Below are positions 59,317 through 64,000 of a stretch of DNA of 64,000 bases, in pieces. Source of the DNA: Gaiellaceae bacterium. GTDB taxonomy: Bacteria > Actinomycetota > Thermoleophilia > Gaiellales > Gaiellaceae. Position numbers and translations under genes: made by a program. The stretch spans positions 1,245 through 65,244 of the forward strand of contig DATFHC010000176.1 in assembly GCA_035248765.1 (NCBI GenBank). The letters are read 5' to 3'. The notes under the pieces are model-generated. The model was not told the origin of the DNA and searched no databases. It was given only the letters and a program-made list of their open reading frames with translations. The stretch's first letter is position 1; every line of letters starts with the position of its first letter.

Positions 59317-59697
59317 ATTTCGTTCGACCTGGTCATCGAGATCAAGAACGAGCCGGGTGCTCTCGCGCGCGTTGCGGCCGCCGTCAGCGACGCGGGCGTC
59401 AATCTTGCGGCGGCGACATGTCTCGGCGCCACGGACGACGTCGAGCTGCACATCCTGGTGCCGCATCCCGAAGCTGCCAGGCACGCGTTGGCGCTTTCGC
59501 AGCTCGCGGTCAGCCGAGAGCGCGAGGTGGTCGTCGTCGATGTCGAGGACCGGCCGGGCGTGCTCGCCGACCTGACTCGACGGGTGGCTCGAGCCGGCAT
59601 CGACCTCGACCTCGTTTATGTCGCGACCAAGAACCGCCTCGTCTTCGGAGCCGCCGATCTCGATGGCTTGAAAGCTGTTTTCGAGCAGCACGACTGA
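59317..59697 (+). CDS. tandem ACT-domain protein (start codon uncertain, probably non-canonical)
   Basis: About 126 aa. Two ACT-like units (LVIEIKNEPGALARVAAAVSDAGVNL and VVVVDVEDRPGVLADLTRRVARAGIDL). SD GAAGGAGG lies at 59303-59310. The only in-frame candidate starts before the first beta-strand are ATT 59317 and CTG 59329. Confidence 0.65.
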   Translation: MSFDLVIEIKNEPGALARVAAAVSDAGVNLAAATCLGATDDVELHILVPHPEAARHALALSQLAVSREREVVVVDVEDRPGVLADLTRRVARAGIDLDLVYVATKNRLVFGAADLDGLKAVFEQHD

Positions 59698-59737
59698 GAG
59701 CAGGGCGTCCGCGGCTCTGGCCTTTCGGACAGGGATC

Positions 59738-62700
59738 GTGCAGACTGCGACGAGGATCAAGGCAGCGCGGCCTTTGGGGGGCAGAGCGACGAGCAGCGGC
59801 ACGGAACCGCTGGCGACAAGTGCCGAGAGCGTCGACGACGCCGTTCGTCGGCTCGTGGTCGAACGGTCGCACGACCTCGTCACACTCTGCGACCCGTCCG
59901 GCGCGATCGTCTACGCCTCGCCGTCCTGGACCGGCCTGGGTTGGGAGCCGGCCGAACTCGTCGGCGTCCCGGTGCTAGACGTCATCCACCCGGACGACGC
60001 GGCCAAGGCGACGTCGGCCTGGATGGAGGTCGCCTCCGGGACCGACGTCGATGCCGTGACCATCCGGCTTCGCCGCGAAGGCGGGAGCTTCGGGTGGTTC
60101 GAGGTGAACGGATCCTCCGTGCGCGACGCCGAGGGCGAGCTTCGTTTCCTGCTCGGCACGGCGCGCGACGTCAGCGAGCGTGAGGAGCTGCGCTGGCGGC
60201 TCCGTGACCTCGACGCCGTCTACCGCTTCGCCGACGCCGTCGCGGGGGCTCCCGCACTCGACGACGTGCTCGCGGTGGCGCTCGACGCGCTCCTCGAGGC
60301 GACCGGCGCGGACCGCGCGGCGGTTCTCCTGGCCGACGACGACGGCGTGCTCCGCTTCCGCGCCTGGCGCGGCCTGTCCGACCGCTACCGCACGTACACG
60401 GAGGGACGCTCGCCGTGGCAGCCGGAAGACGACGATCCGGAGCCCGTTCTCGTCGAGGACATCGCCGCCGCCGGCTACGAAGTCGCGCTCGAGCGGGTCA
60501 TGCGCAAGGAGGGCATCGGGGCGCTCGCCTTCGTCCCGCTCGTCCGCGGCGGCAGCCTGGTCGGGAGAATCACCGTCTACCGCAACGCGCCTCACCGCTG
60601 GAGCGACCGTGAGGTGCTGCTCTCGCGGACGATCGGGAACCACCTCGCCTCGGTCGTCGAGCGCGCGGAGACGCAGCAGGCCCTGCATGAGTCGAGCGAG
60701 CAGCTCGCGAGCATCCTGCGTACCGTCGAAGAAGGGATCACGGCTACCAATCGCGAGGGGCGGTTCCTGTTCGCGAACGACGCTGCGGCGCGCCACGTAG
60801 GCCTCGACTCGGGCGACGAGCTTGTGGCGCTCTCGCCGCGTGAGCGGGCGGCGCTCTACGACCTGTTCGACGGTGAGGGCAAGCGGTTGGCGTTCGACGT
60901 GTTGCCACCCACGAAAGCGCTGAGTGGCGCGGAGAGCTCAGCCGTCGTTCGTATCCGTTCCAAGGCCGACGACTGGGAGCACTGGATCGCGCTCCGGTCG
61001 ACTCCGGTCTTCGCGGCGGACGGAAGCGTCGAGCTCGTCGTCAACGTCACACGCGACATCACGCAGGAGACCGTCGCAGCGCAGCGCGAGGCGGAGGCGC
61101 GTCGCGAGGCGGAGGGTTCCCGTGCGCGCCTCGCTCTGCTCCTCGAGGCGACGGAGCAGCTGACGCAAACGCTCGACTACGAGGAGCTTCTGCGGCGTGT
61201 GCCGAAGCTCGTCGTCCCGCGCATCGCCGACGGCTGCCACATCTACCTCGCGCGCGACGAGGACACCGAGCTCGTCCGGGTCGCGCATGCGCACGTCGAG
61301 CCGCGAATCGCGGCGCTCCTGGACAAGATCGACGCGGTCTACGACGTCTCGCGCCACCGCCGCATCCCGGTGGTCGAGGTCTTCCGCTCCGGGAAGCCCA
61401 TCCACCGTCCCGCTTTGGTGCGGCCGCTGTCCAAGGTCGCGCGGCCCGGCGAGGAGGAGCTCGTCCAGATGGAGTCGCGATCGCTGATCGTCGTCCCGCT
61501 GGAGACTGGCGCCAGGCGGCTCGGTGTGCTCGCCGTCACCGCGAGCGAGGCCGGCCGTCTCGGCGACGAGGACTTCGAGCTCGTTTCGGAGCTTGCGCGG
61601 CGCGTTTCTCTCGCGGTCGATCTCGTCGACCTGCACGGTCGCGCGCAGGACTCCCTGGCTCAGCTGCAGGCGGTGATCGCACAACTGCCGCTCGGCGTCG
61701 TGATCACCGACGCAGACCACCACGTCGTGCTGCGCAACGAGGAGCTCGAGCGCGTGTGGGGCGCGCCGGTGCCGCTCGGTTCCGATCACCGCCAGACCGG
61801 CACGATCGGCTGGCCGCTCGAGCGCGCCATCGACGCCGGCGAGGTGACAATTGCGGAACGGCGAGAGTTGGAAGGGGACGACGGGCCGCGCACGCTCGAG
61901 ATCAGCGCCGCGCCCGTGCGCGACACGCACAACGAGATCGTCTCGGCCGCCGCGATCGTCGCTGACGTGACGCGCCGCAGCCGTTCGGAGCAACAGCTCG
62001 GCTTCCTCTCCCAGGCGAACGAGCTGCTCGATGCGAGCCTCGACTGGGAGCGGACACTCGACGCGATCGCCGACCTCGCAGTGCCGGCACTTGCCGGGTA
62101 TCTCGTGATCGACCTGCTCGACGAGGAGGACGAGCTCCACTGGGTCGTCGCCGTCCACGCGGATCCCGAGAAGACCGAGCTCGTCCGGGAGCTGCGCGCG
62201 AGCTACCCGCCGACGCTCTCGACGCACCCGATCCAGGTTGCCCTCCGGACCGGCGAGGCGCAGCTGCTGCCGGATCTCCAGGCGGAGACCGCCGCGATGG
62301 CCCATGACGCGAAGCACGCGCGCGCAATCCGCGCGATCGCGAACACCTCGGGCATCGTCGCGCCGCTCGCCGCGCGCGGCAGGACTCTCGGCGCGATCAG
62401 CCTCGGCACGATCGTGGGTCAGCCGCGCTTCGACGAATCCGACCGGACGATGGCGATGGAACTCGCGCGCCGGATTTCGCTCGCCCTCGACAACGCCCGT
62501 CTCTTCGCCGAGACGCAGGAGCGCGCGCATTCGGCCCAGGCGCTCGAGTACGTCGACGACGGTGTGATTCTCGTGGACGAGGCAGGGATCGTTCGCCTCT
62601 GGAACCCCACCGCCGCGATCAGCCTGCGGCGGCCGGCCGTCGAAGCCGTCGGCAGGCCGATCGCCGAGCTGCTCCCCGACTGGCAGTCGCTCCAGTCGCG

Positions 62701-63544
62701 AATTCCGGTCGCTTCCGAGCCGCAGCCGGGCGGAGCCTCGCGTGCCCTGACGCTGCCGGTGGAGGTCGAGGGGGAAGAGCGCTGGCTCTCGATCTCCGCC
62801 GTCGAGTTCCCAGGCGGCACCGTGTACGCGTTCCGCGACGTTACCGACGAGCGCGCGGTGGAGCAGATGAAGACCGACTTCGTCTCGACCGTGTCGCACG
62901 AGCTCCGGACTCCGCTCGCCGCGATCTACGGGGCTGCGATGACCCTGCAGCGGCGCGACGTCGTCGTCGAGGAGCCGCAGCGCGACCGGCTGCTCGAGGT
63001 CGTCTCCAGCGAGGCCGACCGCCTCGCGCGGATCGTGAACGACATCCTCTGGGCGAGTCGGCTCGAGTCGGGCCGCATGAGCATCGCGATCGAACGCTGC
63101 GATGCCGGAGCGCTCGCGACCGAGGTCGTCGATGTCCTGCGCTCACGCGCGCCGGGAGGGATCGAGGTCGCGATCACCAAGTCGCGTGGCCTGCCGCCGG
63201 TGGCCGCCGACCCGGACAAGCTTCGCCAGATCCTCACCAACCTGATCGACAATGGGATCAAGTACTCACCCGACGGCGGCCGTGTGAACGTCGAGATCGG
63301 CCGCAGCGGCGGCCGCGTCCGGTTCTGCGTCACCGACGAGGGGCTCGGCGTGCCTCCTGCGGAGCAGGATCGAATCTTCGAGAAGTTCTTCCGGCTCGAC
63401 CCGAACCTCACGCGGGGCGTCGGCGGCACGGGCCTCGGGCTCTACATCACCCGCGAACTCGTGACCCGCATGCACGGCCGTGTCTGGGTCGTCTCGGACG
63501 GACGCAGCGGCTCGTCGTTCTTCCTCGAGCTGCCGATCGCCTGA
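59738..63544 (+). CDS. soluble multi-sensor histidine kinase (alternating PAS and GAF domains, HisKA, HATPase)
   Basis: 1268 aa with no TM segment. By my reading the order is PAS-GAF-PAS-GAF-PAS-GAF-PAS. H-box [10 protein letters not shown]-box NLIDNGIKYSP, G-box GGTGLGL. Confidence 0.9.
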   Translation: MQTATRIKAARPLGGRATSSGTEPLATSAESVDDAVRRLVVERSHDLVTLCDPSGAIVYASPSWTGLGWEPAELVGVPVLDVIHPDDAAKATSAWMEVASGTDVDAVTIRLRREGGSFGWFEVNGSSVRDAEGELRFLLGTARDVSEREELRWRLRDLDAVYRFADAVAGAPALDDVLAVALDALLEATGADRAAVLLADDDGVLRFRAWRGLSDRYRTYTEGRSPWQPEDDDPEPVLVEDIAAAGYEVALERVMRKEGIGALAFVPLVRGGSLVGRITVYRNAPHRWSDREVLLSRTIGNHLASVVERAETQQALHESSEQLASILRTVEEGITATNREGRFLFANDAAARHVGLDSGDELVALSPRERAALYDLFDGEGKRLAFDVLPPTKALSGAESSAVVRIRSKADDWEHWIALRSTPVFAADGSVELVVNVTRDITQETVAAQREAEARREAEGSRARLALLLEATEQLTQTLDYEELLRRVPKLVVPRIADGCHIYLARDEDTELVRVAHAHVEPRIAALLDKIDAVYDVSRHRRIPVVEVFRSGKPIHRPALVRPLSKVARPGEEELVQMESRSLIVVPLETGARRLGVLAVTASEAGRLGDEDFELVSELARRVSLAVDLVDLHGRAQDSLAQLQAVIAQLPLGVVITDADHHVVLRNEELERVWGAPVPLGSDHRQTGTIGWPLERAIDAGEVTIAERRELEGDDGPRTLEISAAPVRDTHNEIVSAAAIVADVTRRSRSEQQLGFLSQANELLDASLDWERTLDAIADLAVPALAGYLVIDLLDEEDELHWVVAVHADPEKTELVRELRASYPPTLSTHPIQVALRTGEAQLLPDLQAETAAMAHDAKHARAIRAIANTSGIVAPLAARGRTLGAISLGTIVGQPRFDESDRTMAMELARRISLALDNARLFAETQERAHSAQALEYVDDGVILVDEAGIVRLWNPTAAISLRRPAVEAVGRPIAELLPDWQSLQSRIPVASEPQPGGASRALTLPVEVEGEERWLSISAVEFPGGTVYAFRDVTDERAVEQMKTDFVSTVSHELRTPLAAIYGAAMTLQRRDVVVEEPQRDRLLEVVSSEADRLARIVNDILWASRLESGRMSIAIERCDAGALATEVVDVLRSRAPGGIEVAITKSRGLPPVAADPDKLRQILTNLIDNGIKYSPDGGRVNVEIGRSGGRVRFCVTDEGLGVPPAEQDRIFEKFFRLDPNLTRGVGGTGLGLYITRELVTRMHGRVWVVSDGRSGSSFFLELPIA

Positions 63545-63556
63545 CCTGTCTAGTGC

Positions 63557-63589
63557 GGACACGGCCGGTGTCTGACACCGGCCGTGTCC
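63557..63589. terminator. bidirectional hairpin between convergent genes
   Basis: GGACACGGCCGGTGTC-T-GACACCGGCCGTGTCC has perfect 16-nt arms. It lies 13 nt after the kinase stop and 17 nt after the minus-strand gene stop. There is no U tract. Confidence 0.6.
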
Positions 63590-63605
63590 GAATCGGCCTT
63601 CGCTT

Positions 63606-63842
63606 CTAGTAAGGCGGGGGTCCGCCTGCGGGGCCCTCGTCGTAATACGTCCGGCGGCGGTTGAAGTACCCGGGGCCGGCCCACGAGGACCAGAAGATGA
63701 GCGACAGCAGGATTCCGACGATGCCCACAATCAGCAGGATCCAGCCGATCGTGTGGATGTCGACGCCGGAAACGGTCGCGTTCACGGCGAAGGCGAGCAC
63801 AGCGCCAACCGCCGCCAATATCAGCCCTACTCCGAGACCCAT
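63606..63842 (-). CDS. small membrane protein (DUF6458-like)
   Basis: 78 aa from the ATG at 63842, preceded by AAGGAGGAG. Two TM helices (GLGVGLILAAVGAVLAFAV and GWILLIVGIVGILLSLIF). Confidence 0.75.
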   Translation of the reverse strand: MGLGVGLILAAVGAVLAFAVNATVSGVDIHTIGWILLIVGIVGILLSLIFWSSWAGPGYFNRRRTYYDEGPAGGPPPY

Positions 63843-63934
63843 GAACTCCTCCTTTTCTCTGGGGTCCGGGTAGAAACGCCCGAGTGCCACTTCCGGGTTC
63901 GGGGGCTGTTTCTTTCGTCTAGGCTCCGAAGCGG

Positions 63935-64000
63935 ATGCGCAGGGGCTCCATCGTCGCGCTCTTGGGGATCGGACTGATCGCCGGCGGTGTCGCCACCGCC
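63935..64000 (+). CDS. N-terminus of a probable exported/membrane protein (3' end outside window)
   Basis: ATG at 63935, then MRRGSIVALLGIGLIAGGVATA, which is signal-peptide-like. Only 22 codons are visible. Confidence 0.3.
   Translation, partial: MRRGSIVALLGIGLIAGGVATA

Overview
This is a 64-kb, very G+C-rich and extremely gene-dense chromosomal segment of an actinobacterium-like genome. The assignment rests on the GlgE alpha-glucan pathway, OpcA, PdtaS/PdtaR and a DUF6458-type small membrane gene. Compact proteins and pervasive 1-16 nt start/stop overlaps suggest a streamlined lineage such as Thermoleophilia or Rubrobacteria, but that is inference only. Gene content in order: (1) the tail of a histidine kinase plus an RR/HK pair; (2) a 7-gene trehalose/alpha-glucan operon (glgE-treS-pep2-glgB-treZ-glgX-treY) divergent from malQ; (3) a phosphate block, with PAP2-phoU divergent from pstSCAB plus an arsC-like gene, then a divergent PhoR-like kinase and PhoP-like regulator with tandem 11-bp PHO-box-like repeats; (4) a caa3-type oxidase operon (ctaC, ctaD, N-terminally extended ctaB, a 38-aa micro-ORF, an amidase); (5) a pentose-phosphate operon (rpiB-tal-pgi-gnd-zwf-opcA) divergent from tkt; (6) a KNTase-like nucleotidyltransferase plus DUF1326; (7) an ABC-F ATPase; (8) mscL with a Zn-ribbon tail; (9) a 5-gene pdtaS-nudix-hypothetical-pdtaR-snoaL operon; (10) a membrane protein, a CaCA antiporter and glnA; (11) a SpoIID-like protein and an S8 protease; (12) a UDP-sugar modification operon; (13) tRNA-Lys(CUU); (14) marR-MFS; (15) an ABC-2 exporter; (16) an ACT-domain protein; (17) a 1268-aa PAS/GAF kinase. 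I saw no CRISPR, IS element, integrase, prophage or recognisable defence genes. The least ordinary element is a dispersed 15-bp palindrome (GTAACAG-N-CTGTTAC; perfect in 3 of 4 copies). It occurs as two inverted pairs, both in gaps between convergent genes. One pair brackets a lower-GC 0.4-kb cassette carrying an orphan Arg-rich 104-aa ORF. Many long ORFs in the supplied track are antisense or out-of-frame shadows typical of high-GC DNA and were not annotated. Several starts were trimmed to the start codon that overlaps or abuts the upstream stop.
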